NCBI GenBank assembly: GCA_963732385.1 | Contig: CAVSZB010000007.1 | Coordinates: forward strand, 64,001-128,000 | DNA: 64,000 bases | From: an uncultured bacterium | GTDB lineage: Bacteria; Krumholzibacteriota; Krumholzibacteriia; LZORAL124-64-63 | Direction: 5' to 3' | Shown here: in pieces, positions 26,695 to 36,019 of the stretch | Numbering within the stretch: the first letter of the stretch is position 1 | Layout: each line of letters begins with the position of its first letter | Translations under genes and position numbers: made by a program | The notes under the pieces: model-generated | The model's database searches: none | What the model was told of the DNA's origin: nothing | The model's input: only the letters and a program-made list of their open reading frames with translations

Positions 26695-28122
26695 ATGTCC
26701 GACTCCTGCCTGCGTCTGCTGCCTCCGGTCGGCGCGCTGATCGAGGATCCGCGCCTCGCCGTGCTCTCCACGGGGCGTCGACGGGCCTGGATGACCCGGC
26801 TCATGCAGCGGGCCGTCGCCGCCGAGCGCGCGGCGCTGGACGGGTGCGGGCCCGACGCAGGCGGCCAGATGGCGGCGCGCGCCGCACTGCACGAGGCGGT
26901 CGTGGCGCGGGTGCTGGCGGAGCGGGCGCGGCTGCTGCGGCCGGCGATGCGCCGGGTGATCAACGCCACCGGCGTTGTCGTCCACACGAATCTCGGCCGG
27001 TCGCCCTATCCCGCGGACTCGGTGGCGCGGGCCGTCGAGGCGGCGCGTTTCCCCTGCGATCTCGAATACCGGCTCGACTCCGGAGCGCGCGGACACCGCG
27101 GGCGCGGAGTGGAGGAGAAGGCCGCCCTGCTGACGGGGGCGGAGGATGCGCTAGTCGTCAACAACAACGCCGCGGCGCTTTGGCTCGCGGTGCGGGCCAC
27201 GGCGGGCAGTGGTCGCGTGCTGCTCTCGCGCGGCGAGATCGTGGCGATCGGCGGCTCGTTCCGCCTCGACAGTCTCCTGCGCGAGACCGGGTGCGAGCTG
27301 GTGGAGGTCGGCACGACCAACCGCACCGTGCCCGACGACTACGCCCGCGCGCTCGCGCCGGGAGCCGTGGTGCTCAAGGTGCACCGCAGCAATTTCGCGC
27401 AGAGCGGTTTCGTCGAGGAGGTCGGGCTGGCGGAGCTGGCGGCGCTCTGCCGCGAGCGCGGTCAGGTTCTGATCTACGACGCGGGCAGCGGTTCGCTCTA
27501 TCCGGCCGCGAAGCTGGGGCTGCCGGAGGAGCCGACGCTGGCCGAGGATCTGGCGGCCGGTCCTGATCTCGTCACCTGCAGCGGCGACAAGCTGCTCGGC
27601 GGCGGCCAGGCGGGGCTGGTGCTCGGACGCGCGGATCTGGTGGAGGCCCTGCGGCGTCACCCGCTGCGGCGCGCGCTGCGCGTCGACAAGCTGACGCTCG
27701 CGGCGCTCGACGCGCTGCTGACGCTCTATCTCGAGGCCGACGGCCTGCCGCGCGTGCCGGTGCTCGAGATGCTCGCGCTTGACCCGGCCACGCTCGAGGC
27801 GCGCGGGCACGACCTGCTCGCCGCGCTGTCACCGGCGGCGCCGGCCGGCTGGCGCGGCGAGGTGGTCGCGGGCGAATCGAGCGTGGGTGGGGGGAGTTTC
27901 AGCGAGGCGGTCGTGCCGACCCGCCTGCTGCGCTGGCGCGGGCCGAAGGCGGAACTGGAGCGTTGCCACGCGGCGCTGCGGCGGCAGGATCCGGCGCTCG
28001 TCACCCGCATCAACCAGGAGGGCCTGGCCATCGACCTGCGCACCGTGGCGCCGGAGGAACTGACCGCGGTCGTGACGGCCCTGCGTCTCTGCTGGCGCGG
28101 TGGCGGGGAGGGCGGGGCGTGA
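26695..28122 (+). CDS. selA: L-seryl-tRNA(Sec) selenium transferase
   Basis: RVINATGVVVHTNLGRS, VNNNAAA, SRGEIVAIGGSFR, EVGTTNRT, KVHRSNF, SGDKLLGGGQAG (PLP lysine), RALRVDK. Confidence 0.95.
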   Translation: MSDSCLRLLPPVGALIEDPRLAVLSTGRRRAWMTRLMQRAVAAERAALDGCGPDAGGQMAARAALHEAVVARVLAERARLLRPAMRRVINATGVVVHTNLGRSPYPADSVARAVEAARFPCDLEYRLDSGARGHRGRGVEEKAALLTGAEDALVVNNNAAALWLAVRATAGSGRVLLSRGEIVAIGGSFRLDSLLRETGCELVEVGTTNRTVPDDYARALAPGAVVLKVHRSNFAQSGFVEEVGLAELAALCRERGQVLIYDAGSGSLYPAAKLGLPEEPTLAEDLAAGPDLVTCSGDKLLGGGQAGLVLGRADLVEALRRHPLRRALRVDKLTLAALDALLTLYLEADGLPRVPVLEMLALDPATLEARGHDLLAALSPAAPAGWRGEVVAGESSVGGGSFSEAVVPTRLLRWRGPKAELERCHAALRRQDPALVTRINQEGLAIDLRTVAPEELTAVVTALRLCWRGGGEGGA

Positions 28123-29612
28123 ACGGGGCGCGGCACGACGACGCGGGGGGCTGGCCCCCTCTGCACGAGACCGGTATTTCCCCGGCCGAACTGGATTTCC
28201 ACGGCGGCGGGTTCTTCTGGGAGGAAGTCCGCGCCTTCACCGATCCCTCGCCGCTCGCATTCCTGGTTCAGACCGCGCTGGACGGACCCGCGGTGCCGCG
28301 GGTCTGGGTCTTCCTCGACGAGCCGGAGGAGACGACCACGCGCGCCGCCGCGGCGCTCGCCGCCGCGCGCGCGCTTGTCGCCCGCCGGCTCAACGTGATC
28401 GTGGTCGACGCGGACGACCGTCATCCCGATCTCACGCGCTGGGCCGGTCGTCACGAGCGCGAGGGGTGGATCGATTTCGTGCGCTACGGCGCCTCGCTGG
28501 CGGCCTGCGCCGTGCCGTTGCCGTGGGCAGGGGAGTGCGGTCGGCTGCTGGGCGTCGGCTCCTTCGCGCCGGTCGAGGCGACCGGCGCCGAAGTGTCGTG
28601 GTTGCTGTCGCTGCTGGGCGGGCAGGCGGATATCGTGCTGGTCACCGCGCCGCTCGGGCCGGCCGGCGCGGTCTGGACGGAGGTCGCGTCGCTGCGCCTG
28701 CTCTGCTGGGACCGCGGCGGACGCGAACCGGCGCAGACCAGGCAACTGCTGACGGGTCTGGCCGCTGCGGGCGTTCCGGCGGACGCGGTCATTGCCTTCG
28801 GCGCGCCGGGGCTTGCCCTGTTGCCTCCCCCGTCGCCGGAAGCGCTCGCGGCGCAGCTCAGCCTGGAGCGCTTCGCCGCCGCGGTGGCGGCGGCGGCCGT
28901 GGGGGATGACGCGGCCGCGCCGGTCGAGACCGGGATCCCGGCGGAGGGCGAAGTCTCGCCTGCCGGAGACGGCGCCACGGCTGCGTCTCCGCCGAAACCG
29001 GTGGCCAACGGCGGCGGACCGCCGTTTCGGCCGCTGCGCGGACGGTGGCTGGCGGTGGCCGGACTGGTGGCGGTCGTGGCGACGGCCGGCTGGCTGGCGA
29101 CCCGGGCGCCACGCGCGCGCGTGCCGCTTGCATCGCCGGTGGCGGGGGAGGATATTAGCGCGCCTGCCGGTGCGGGTGGCGCGCCGGACACGCTGCGCGC
29201 GGCGGCCGCCGTCGAGAGTCTGGCGAGGGCGCCGGTCGTTGCCGACAGCACGATGTTGGCGGTCGTCGACACGCCGCTCCCGGCGCCGACTGCCCCCGTC
29301 GACACGGTTGGCCGGATGGCGCCGTCACCCGCGGACAGCTTCGATCCGGCCCCGTTCCGGCTCCCCGTGGGGCGGGACGGCTGGGCGCTGCACGTGTATT
29401 CGCAGCCCGACAGCCTGCTGGCGCAGCAGCAGGTCGTCACTCTGGCGCGCTCCGGCTATACGTCTGCCTGGCGGGCGGTCGAACTGCCGGGCAGGGGGCG
29501 CTGGTACCGCATCTACATGGGCAGCTTCCCGAGTCGGGCAGCCGCCGCGGCCGCCCTGCCCGCGCTGCTGCGCCGGCTGGGCGAAACCTGGGGCCAGGTG
29601 TCGCGCTACTGA
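28119..29612 (+). CDS. Membrane protein with a degenerate MinD/BY-kinase-like N-terminal domain and a C-terminal SPOR domain
   Basis: GTG overlaps the selA stop; VIVVDADDRHPDL..EGWIDFV, ADIVLVTAP; TM WLAVAGLVAVVATAGWL; SPOR GWALHVYS...WYRIYMGSFPSRAAA. Confidence 0.75.
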   Translation: MNGARHDDAGGWPPLHETGISPAELDFHGGGFFWEEVRAFTDPSPLAFLVQTALDGPAVPRVWVFLDEPEETTTRAAAALAAARALVARRLNVIVVDADDRHPDLTRWAGRHEREGWIDFVRYGASLAACAVPLPWAGECGRLLGVGSFAPVEATGAEVSWLLSLLGGQADIVLVTAPLGPAGAVWTEVASLRLLCWDRGGREPAQTRQLLTGLAAAGVPADAVIAFGAPGLALLPPPSPEALAAQLSLERFAAAVAAAAVGDDAAAPVETGIPAEGEVSPAGDGATAASPPKPVANGGGPPFRPLRGRWLAVAGLVAVVATAGWLATRAPRARVPLASPVAGEDISAPAGAGGAPDTLRAAAAVESLARAPVVADSTMLAVVDTPLPAPTAPVDTVGRMAPSPADSFDPAPFRLPVGRDGWALHVYSQPDSLLAQQQVVTLARSGYTSAWRAVELPGRGRWYRIYMGSFPSRAAAAAALPALLRRLGETWGQVSRY

Positions 29613-29669
29613 CCGCGCGCCGCGCCGGCGGTCCCGGCAGCGAAGGATTCCGCACCGGAAGGTTATGCG

Positions 29670-32600
29670 TTGAAGCTCAAGCGCGTGGAGATCCAGGGAT
29701 TCAAGTCGTTCGCGGATCGCACGGTCCTCGATTTCGACGAGGGTATCACGGCGATTCTCGGCCCGAACGGTTGCGGCAAGACGAACATCGTCGACGCGAT
29801 CCGCTGGGTGCTTGGTGAACAGTCCGCCAAGCAACTGCGCGGCGGTCGCATGGAAGACATCATCTTCAAGGGCACCACCAGACGGAAGCCGGTAACGCTG
29901 GCGGAGGTGGGCCTGACGTTCACGAACGAGGATCGCGGCATCCCGATCGAGTACGACGAGGTCACGATCAAGCGCCGCGTCACGCGCGACGGTGTCAGCC
30001 AGTACCTCGTCAACGGCTCTCCGGTCCGTCTCAAGGACCTGCGCGACCTGTTCTGGGAAAGCGGCGTGAGCAACTCCGCCTACGCCGTGATCGAGCTGCC
30101 GATGATCAACCAGGTCCTCAACGAGCACACGCAGGAGCTGCGCGGTCTCATTGAAGAGGGTTCGGGCATCATCAAGTACAAGTCCCGCCGTCGCGAGGCG
30201 GAGCGCAAGCTGGAGCAGACCGAGGCGGATCTGCTGCGGTTGCGCGACCTGCTCGACGAAATCGGGCGCGAGGTGCGCGCGCTCGCGCGGCAGGTCGGCA
30301 AGGCGCGCCGGCACCAGCGGTTGTTCCAGGAGGTCCGCGGGCTCGATCTGCTGCTGGCCGGTCAGCAGCACCGCGAATTCGGACGCCACGAGACGGAACT
30401 GACCGCGCAGAGCGGCGAGCTCAAGACGCTGGCCGAGGCGGATGCCGGCGAACTGGCCGACCTGCGCGCCCGCATCGAGGCGACGCGTCCCGCCGTGGAC
30501 GAGCGCGAAGCGGAGCGGCACGGGCTGGAGGAGTCGCTGCACGCGTTCGAGGAGGATCTGCAGGAGGCGGAGCGCCGCGTGCTTGTCCTGGAACAGCGGA
30601 TGACGGAGAACGAACGGCGTGGCCACGAAACCCGGGAGGCCATCGGCGCCGCCCAGGTGCGGCGCACGGAGATCCACGGCGAGGCGGCGCTGCTGGTCCG
30701 TCGGCTCGAAAACATCGTCGCGCAGCTCGGTCGCCACGAGGCCGATCTGCGCGAACGCGAGGAACAGTTGAAACTGCTCGAGGCGCGGTTCGCCGCCTCC
30801 CGCCAGGCGGTACAGGACGCGGCGCAGCTGAACCTCGAGTTCATCGAGCACGACGCCGCGGCCCGCACCCTGCAGCGCGAACTGCATGTCCGGCAGGAGA
30901 ACCGTAACGAACGGCTGCAGCGACTGGCCGAGGAGGAGACGGCCCTGCTCGAGACCGCCGGCCGCGACGGCGCGCGGGCCGCCGAACTGGAGGAGTCGCG
31001 TCAGCGACTGCTCGACAAGCGGCGCGAACTGCTCGAGATGCTCGCCGGTCTCGAGCGTGAGCGCGCCGAGGGGCAGGCGGGAGCCGAGACGCTGCGACAG
31101 GAGTTGTCGTCGCGCGAGGCGCGGCGGGAGGCGCTGCGCTCGCGGCACGATCTGCTGCGCCGCATCAAGGACGAGTACCGCGGTTATCGGCAGGGCGCGC
31201 GTCATGTGTTGCAGTCGCGCGCGGACGACGGCCGGGTGCGCGGCAGCCTGGCCGACCATCTGCGCGTGGCCGACGGCTGGGGCGAGGCGTTCGAGAATCT
31301 GTTCGCCGAGCTGGTGGACGCGGTCGTGGTCGACGAGGCCGGCACGGCGGTGGGGCTGGTGGACGAGTTGCGCGCCGGCGACACCGGGCGCGCCAGCTTC
31401 CTCAGCGGCGCCGGCGCCGCACCGGCTGTGCCGGACGGCGCGGCCCCGGTGGCCGGGCGTCCGGCGCACGAGCTCGTTTCGGGCGAGGCGGCGACGGCTC
31501 CCCATCTGCGGCGGCTGCTGGCCGCCTGCTGGACCTTCGCGGACGATGCGGCCGCCGTGGCGGCCGCGGGGGCGCACCGCGGCGACCACGTCCTCGTCTG
31601 CCTGGCGCGCAGCGGACTGCTCGTGACCAGCGACGGGGTCGTGCGCGGCGGCAGCCGGCGCGAGGAGGAGGCGAGCCTGCTCGGTCGTGGCGAGAAGCTG
31701 GAGCGGATCGAGGAGGAGATCGTCGCCGCGGTGGCGCAGGTCGAGACCTGGGCCACCCGGCTGGACGAGAACGGCGCTCGCCAGCGCGAACTGCAGGAGT
31801 ACCTCCTGCGCGGCCGGGGCGAGCTGGAGGTCCTGGAGGAGGACCTGCGCCGGTTGCACGCCGAGGGGGCCGACGCACGCAGCCGCGAAGCGGCGGCGGT
31901 CGGGCGGCTAGAGGTTATCGGCCGGGAGCGCGCAACGGTCACGGCCGAACAGGCGGCGCTGGCCGTCGAAGAGGCGGGGCTGCGCGGGCGTCTCGACGAA
32001 GCCGACCGGCAGCGGGCCGACAGCGCCACTCGCGCCGCCGACCTGCGCGGGGAGGCGGCCGAGCTGGAGCGCGAACGCGACGCCGCGCGGGCAGCGGTGG
32101 CTGAACTGCGGCTGGTGCGTTCCCGGGCGGAGGGGGAGCGGCGCGAAATCGAGACCGCGACCACGCATCTGCGCGAGAGTGGCGCCGAGTTGTCGGCCCG
32201 TGAGGAGCGTCTCGGGCAGGAGACGCAGATCCTGTCCGAACAGGCCGCCGCCATGTCCGCGGAACTCGGGGAGCGGCGCGAGCAATTGGCCGGGGGTTTC
32301 CAGGAGAGGGAGCGGCGCCGGCAGCTCGTGCAGGCGGCGGCGGAGTCGATCCGCGCGCTGCACGCCGAGACGAACGCCTGGCACGACCGCGTCAAAGCGA
32401 TCGAAGACCAGCGCGCCGCCTGTCGCGAGCGTCTGCACGGCTTCGAGACCGAGCTCGCCACGCTCGATGTGCGGCGGCGCAACCTCGTCGACCGGATCGA
32501 GGAGCAGTACAAGGGGGGCTTCCGGGAGCTGGTGCGGTCGGTTGACCCCGCGGTGCTTCCGGATGAGCTGGAACGCGACGGAGAGGTGTTCCAGGCCGAC

Positions 32601-33488
32601 CAGGCCGCGACGTTGCTGGCCGACCGGCGTGAGAAGCTGAATGCGCTCGGCCCGGTCAACCAGCTGGCGATCGAAGAGTACGAGACCAGGAAGGAGCGCC
32701 TGCGCTTCCTGGAAACTCAGCTCAGGGATGTCGAGCAGGCCAAAGCCGATCTGCTCGATGTCATCCAGCAGATCAACCGCACCGCGCGCAAGCTGTTCGG
32801 CGACACCTTCGAGGAGGTGCGCCGCAACTTCATCGCGGTGTTCCAGACCCTCTTCGAGGGGGGGCGCGCGGAGTTGGAGCTCATCCGCACCGATGACCCG
32901 CTCGAGGGCCAGGTGAGGATCGTCGCGCAGCCGCGCGGCAAGCTGGTGGACAACGTCAGCCTGCTGTCGGGCGGCGAGCGCTGCCTGACGGCGCTGTCGC
33001 TGCTGTTCGCCGTCTACCTGGTGAAGCCGTCGCCGTTCTGCCTGCTCGACGAGGTGGACGGCCCGCTCGACGATTCCAACACGAACCGTTTCGTGCGCAT
33101 GCTGCGGGAATTCTCCGGTTCCACGCAGTTCCTGGTGGTGACGCACAACAAGCTGACCATGGAGACCGCCAACCATCTCTTCGGCGTGACAATGATGGAG
33201 GCCGGCGTGAGCTCGATGGTGTCGGTCTCGTTCCAGGATGTCGCCCAGACCCGTTCCGACGACGAACTCGGGCGCGCCATCGCGACGCGCCGGCGCGAGC
33301 TCGATCGCCAGGTCGCCGCGCGCGCGCTGCTCGCACAGGACGACGCTGACGAGTCGCCGGGAGCCCGCTTCACCCTCGATGATGCCGACGGCGACTCCGC
33401 CGAAGAAGCCACCGCCGCCGCCGAAGCAGCCGCGGCGTCCGACGCGCCGGTCGCGGATGCGACCGCGGCGGGGGAGGGCGCCGCGTGA
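29670..33488 (+). CDS. smc: Chromosome segregation protein SMC
   Basis: GFKSFAD, GPNGCGKTN, coiled coils, hinge (GRASFL), LSGGE signature, LLDEVD, VVTHNK; TTG start. Confidence 0.98.
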   Translation: MKLKRVEIQGFKSFADRTVLDFDEGITAILGPNGCGKTNIVDAIRWVLGEQSAKQLRGGRMEDIIFKGTTRRKPVTLAEVGLTFTNEDRGIPIEYDEVTIKRRVTRDGVSQYLVNGSPVRLKDLRDLFWESGVSNSAYAVIELPMINQVLNEHTQELRGLIEEGSGIIKYKSRRREAERKLEQTEADLLRLRDLLDEIGREVRALARQVGKARRHQRLFQEVRGLDLLLAGQQHREFGRHETELTAQSGELKTLAEADAGELADLRARIEATRPAVDEREAERHGLEESLHAFEEDLQEAERRVLVLEQRMTENERRGHETREAIGAAQVRRTEIHGEAALLVRRLENIVAQLGRHEADLREREEQLKLLEARFAASRQAVQDAAQLNLEFIEHDAAARTLQRELHVRQENRNERLQRLAEEETALLETAGRDGARAAELEESRQRLLDKRRELLEMLAGLERERAEGQAGAETLRQELSSREARREALRSRHDLLRRIKDEYRGYRQGARHVLQSRADDGRVRGSLADHLRVADGWGEAFENLFAELVDAVVVDEAGTAVGLVDELRAGDTGRASFLSGAGAAPAVPDGAAPVAGRPAHELVSGEAATAPHLRRLLAACWTFADDAAAVAAAGAHRGDHVLVCLARSGLLVTSDGVVRGGSRREEEASLLGRGEKLERIEEEIVAAVAQVETWATRLDENGARQRELQEYLLRGRGELEVLEEDLRRLHAEGADARSREAAAVGRLEVIGRERATVTAEQAALAVEEAGLRGRLDEADRQRADSATRAADLRGEAAELERERDAARAAVAELRLVRSRAEGERREIETATTHLRESGAELSAREERLGQETQILSEQAAAMSAELGERREQLAGGFQERERRRQLVQAAAESIRALHAETNAWHDRVKAIEDQRAACRERLHGFETELATLDVRRRNLVDRIEEQYKGGFRELVRSVDPAVLPDELERDGEVFQADQAATLLADRREKLNALGPVNQLAIEEYETRKERLRFLETQLRDVEQAKADLLDVIQQINRTARKLFGDTFEEVRRNFIAVFQTLFEGGRAELELIRTDDPLEGQVRIVAQPRGKLVDNVSLLSGGERCLTALSLLFAVYLVKPSPFCLLDEVDGPLDDSNTNRFVRMLREFSGSTQFLVVTHNKLTMETANHLFGVTMMEAGVSSMVSVSFQDVAQTRSDDELGRAIATRRRELDRQVAARALLAQDDADESPGARFTLDDADGDSAEEATAAAEAAAASDAPVADATAAGEGAA

Positions 33489-34567
33489 TCCGCGGGGCGC
33501 TGGATCGACTGCGGCGTGGTCTGAGCAAGACCCGCGTCGATTTTCTCGGCAGGCTGAGCGCCATCTTCGGCGGGCGCGTCCGTCTCGACGCCGACACGCT
33601 CGATCAGATCGAAGAGCTGCTGCTGCGCGCCGACATGGGCGTGGCAGCCAGCCTGCGCATCACGCGCACCCTCGAGCAGCGGGTCAAGGCGGCCGGCGGC
33701 GAGGCGACTCTGCAGGGGGTGCTCGAGGTGATCCGCGCCGACGCGCGCGACATCCTGATCTCCGCGCGTCCGCGCGTCAGACCCCCCGATTGGGATGCTG
33801 TCGAGGCGGCCGAGACCGGTCGGTCGGCGCCGGGTGGCGGCGGGACCAGGCGGAAGAAAGGGCGCGCGGCCGCTTCGCCGCCGTCGGCGGACGCGCCCGA
33901 AGCCCTGTCCGCGTCGACCGGTCCGGAGGTGCTGCTGATCGTCGGCGTCAACGGCACCGGCAAGACCACCAGCATCGCCAAGCTGGCCGCGCTCCACAAG
34001 GCGCAGGGACGCTCCGTGCTGCTCGCCGCGGCTGACACTTTCCGGGCGGCGGCGGTGGAGCAGTTGTCGGTCTGGGCGGACCGCGTCGGCGTGCCGTGCG
34101 TGCGTCAGGGACAGGGGGCCGACCCGGCGGCCGTCGTCTTCGATGCGCTGTCGGCCGCGGCCGCGCGGGGGCACGACCTGGTCATCGTCGACACCGCCGG
34201 GCGTCTGCACACCAGGACCAACCTCATGGCCGAGATGGCCAAGATCGCGCGGGTGATCGAACGGCGGACCGGCCGTCCTCCCCGCACGCTGCTGGTCGTG
34301 GACGCCAACACGGGGCAGAACGGTCTCGCCCAGGCGCGGGTGTTCGCGGAGACGATCCCGGTGGACGGACTGATCCTGGCCAAGCTTGACGGCACGGCCA
34401 AAGGGGGCATCGTCATCGCGATCGCGGAGGAGATCGGGCTGCCGGTGCTCTACGTCGGCACCGGAGAGACCGCGGCCGACCTGGCGGAGTTCGACGTCGA
34501 CGCTTTTCTGGAGGCCTTTTTCGCCGACTGGCAGGGGGCGGAAGAGGGGGATGCCGGCGCGTCTTGA
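33485..34567 (+). CDS. ftsY: Signal recognition particle receptor FtsY
   Basis: GLSKTR, GVNGTGKTT, ADTFRAAAVEQL, DTAGRLH, DANTGQNG, AKLDGTAKGG. Confidence 0.97.
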   Translation: MIRGALDRLRRGLSKTRVDFLGRLSAIFGGRVRLDADTLDQIEELLLRADMGVAASLRITRTLEQRVKAAGGEATLQGVLEVIRADARDILISARPRVRPPDWDAVEAAETGRSAPGGGGTRRKKGRAAASPPSADAPEALSASTGPEVLLIVGVNGTGKTTSIAKLAALHKAQGRSVLLAAADTFRAAAVEQLSVWADRVGVPCVRQGQGADPAAVVFDALSAAAARGHDLVIVDTAGRLHTRTNLMAEMAKIARVIERRTGRPPRTLLVVDANTGQNGLAQARVFAETIPVDGLILAKLDGTAKGGIVIAIAEEIGLPVLYVGTGETAADLAEFDVDAFLEAFFADWQGAEEGDAGAS

Positions 34568-34592
34568 CGTTTGTCGGCGCATGACTTACGTT
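34564..34592 (+). promoter_or_regulatory. Putative rib operon promoter
   Basis: TTGACG-17 nt-TACGTT overlapping the ftsY stop, upstream of the riboswitch. Confidence 0.5.
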
Positions 34593-34635
34593 TCCTCCTT
34601 CACGCGGCGCCTCAAGGTGTCCGCGAGACGATCCG

Positions 34636-34747
34636 CAACTTCGGGGCGGGGTGCAAGTCCCCACCGGCGGTGACAGCCCGCGAGCCCGCAAGGGCAGATC
34701 CGGTGGAACTCCGGGGCCGACAGTGAAAGTCTGGATGGGAGAAGTTG
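34636..34747 (+). promoter_or_regulatory. FMN riboswitch (RFN element)
   Basis: CTTCGGGGCGGGGTGCAAGTCCCCACCGGCGGT..AGCCCGCGAGC..GCAGATCCGGTGGAACTCCGGGGCCGACAGTGAAAGTCTGGATGGGAGAAG; P1 CAACTTC/GAAGTTG; upstream of ribD. Confidence 0.97.
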
Positions 34748-34825
34748 GGGAAGCTGCGCGGCCGTCCACCGGCAGGGGGGACGCTGCGCCCTACCCGCCT
34801 CTCCCGCCCCGCAACGGGGGCGACA

Positions 34826-36010
34826 ATGCTCACGCCGCCACAGCCTGACGACGCGCGCTGGATGGCCGAAGCGCTGGCGCTGGCCGCGCGTTTGCCGCAC
34901 CGCCCGTGGCCCAATCCACCGGTCGGCGCGGTGGTCGTGCGCGATGGCCGGGTGGTCGGCCGCGGTGCGCACCTGGGCGCGGGGTTGCCGCACGCCGAAC
35001 TGCTCGCGCTCGACGAGGCGGGCGAGGCGGCGCGGGGGGCCACGCTTTTTCTGACGCTCGAGCCGTGCAACCACCAAGGTCGCACGCCACCCTGCGCGCC
35101 GCGCGTGGCGGCGTGCGGTCTGGAGCGCCTGGTGGTCGCCGTGGCCGATCCCAACCCCACCGTGCCGGGGGGCGGCCTGGCGGTGGCGCTCGACGCCGGC
35201 CTCGCGGTCACCGTGGGGGTGGCCGGGGAACGGGCGCTGGACCTGATCTGGCCGTTCGTGACCACGAACGCCTTCGAACGTCCCTACGTCCTGCTGAAGA
35301 CCGCGGTGTCGCTCGACGGTCGTTTCACGCCGGGTCCCGCGCCTGTGGGCGCCGCGCCGCAGCCGGCCTACCTGACCGGGCTCGCCGCGCGGCGCGATGC
35401 GCACATCCTGCGCCGCTGGGCCGACATCGTGCTGGTCGGCGAGCAGACCGCGGCCGTCGATCGCCCGCAACTGAATGGCCGGCTCGTGCCGGATGAAGCC
35501 GAGTGTCCGGCGGCGGAACCGCTGCCGGCCTATGCCGACAGCGATCTCAGTTTCTCCGGCGACTGGGCGCAGGAGCGTTTCCTCGCCTTTGCCGGGGAGC
35601 ACGCCGCTCCGGCGCGGCGGGCGCAGGTGGAGGCGCAGGGCGGAGTCGTGGTGTCGTGCGCCGAACGGGCCGGACGGATCGAACCGGAGTCGCTGCTGGC
35701 GGAGGCGTTCCGGTTCGGCGGACGCTTCGTGATGATCGAGGGGGGGCCGCGCCTGGCCGCCGCGTTCCTGAAGCGCGGCCTGGTCGATCGCTGGGTGCAG
35801 TACATCGCTCCGGTCTTCAGCGGCGCCGGCGTGCAGTGGCCGGAGGTGGCCACGGGCGCCGCGGAGCGGCTCCACTTCACGAGCGCGCGACCGGTCAGAC
35901 ACGATCTGCGGCTGGTCCACGACCGGCTGCCATTCGCACAACTGCTGCAGGAGTTGACCATCGACACGGTGTCCGGCCTGCGTCGCCGCGTCGGCGGCGG
36001 ACAGGCGTAG
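34826..36010 (+). CDS. ribD: Bifunctional riboflavin deaminase/reductase
   Basis: PNPPVGAVVV, HAE, TLEPCNHQGRTPPC, SLDG, IEGGPRLA. Confidence 0.95.
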   Translation: MLTPPQPDDARWMAEALALAARLPHRPWPNPPVGAVVVRDGRVVGRGAHLGAGLPHAELLALDEAGEAARGATLFLTLEPCNHQGRTPPCAPRVAACGLERLVVAVADPNPTVPGGGLAVALDAGLAVTVGVAGERALDLIWPFVTTNAFERPYVLLKTAVSLDGRFTPGPAPVGAAPQPAYLTGLAARRDAHILRRWADIVLVGEQTAAVDRPQLNGRLVPDEAECPAAEPLPAYADSDLSFSGDWAQERFLAFAGEHAAPARRAQVEAQGGVVVSCAERAGRIEPESLLAEAFRFGGRFVMIEGGPRLAAAFLKRGLVDRWVQYIAPVFSGAGVQWPEVATGAAERLHFTSARPVRHDLRLVHDRLPFAQLLQELTIDTVSGLRRRVGGGQA

Positions 36011-36019
36011 GAGGGGCGG

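Noticed and set aside
29665..29673. ATG-CGT-TGA mini-ORF overlapping the smc TTG start
   Set aside because: The SD spacing fits the TTG, not the ATG; probably incidental.
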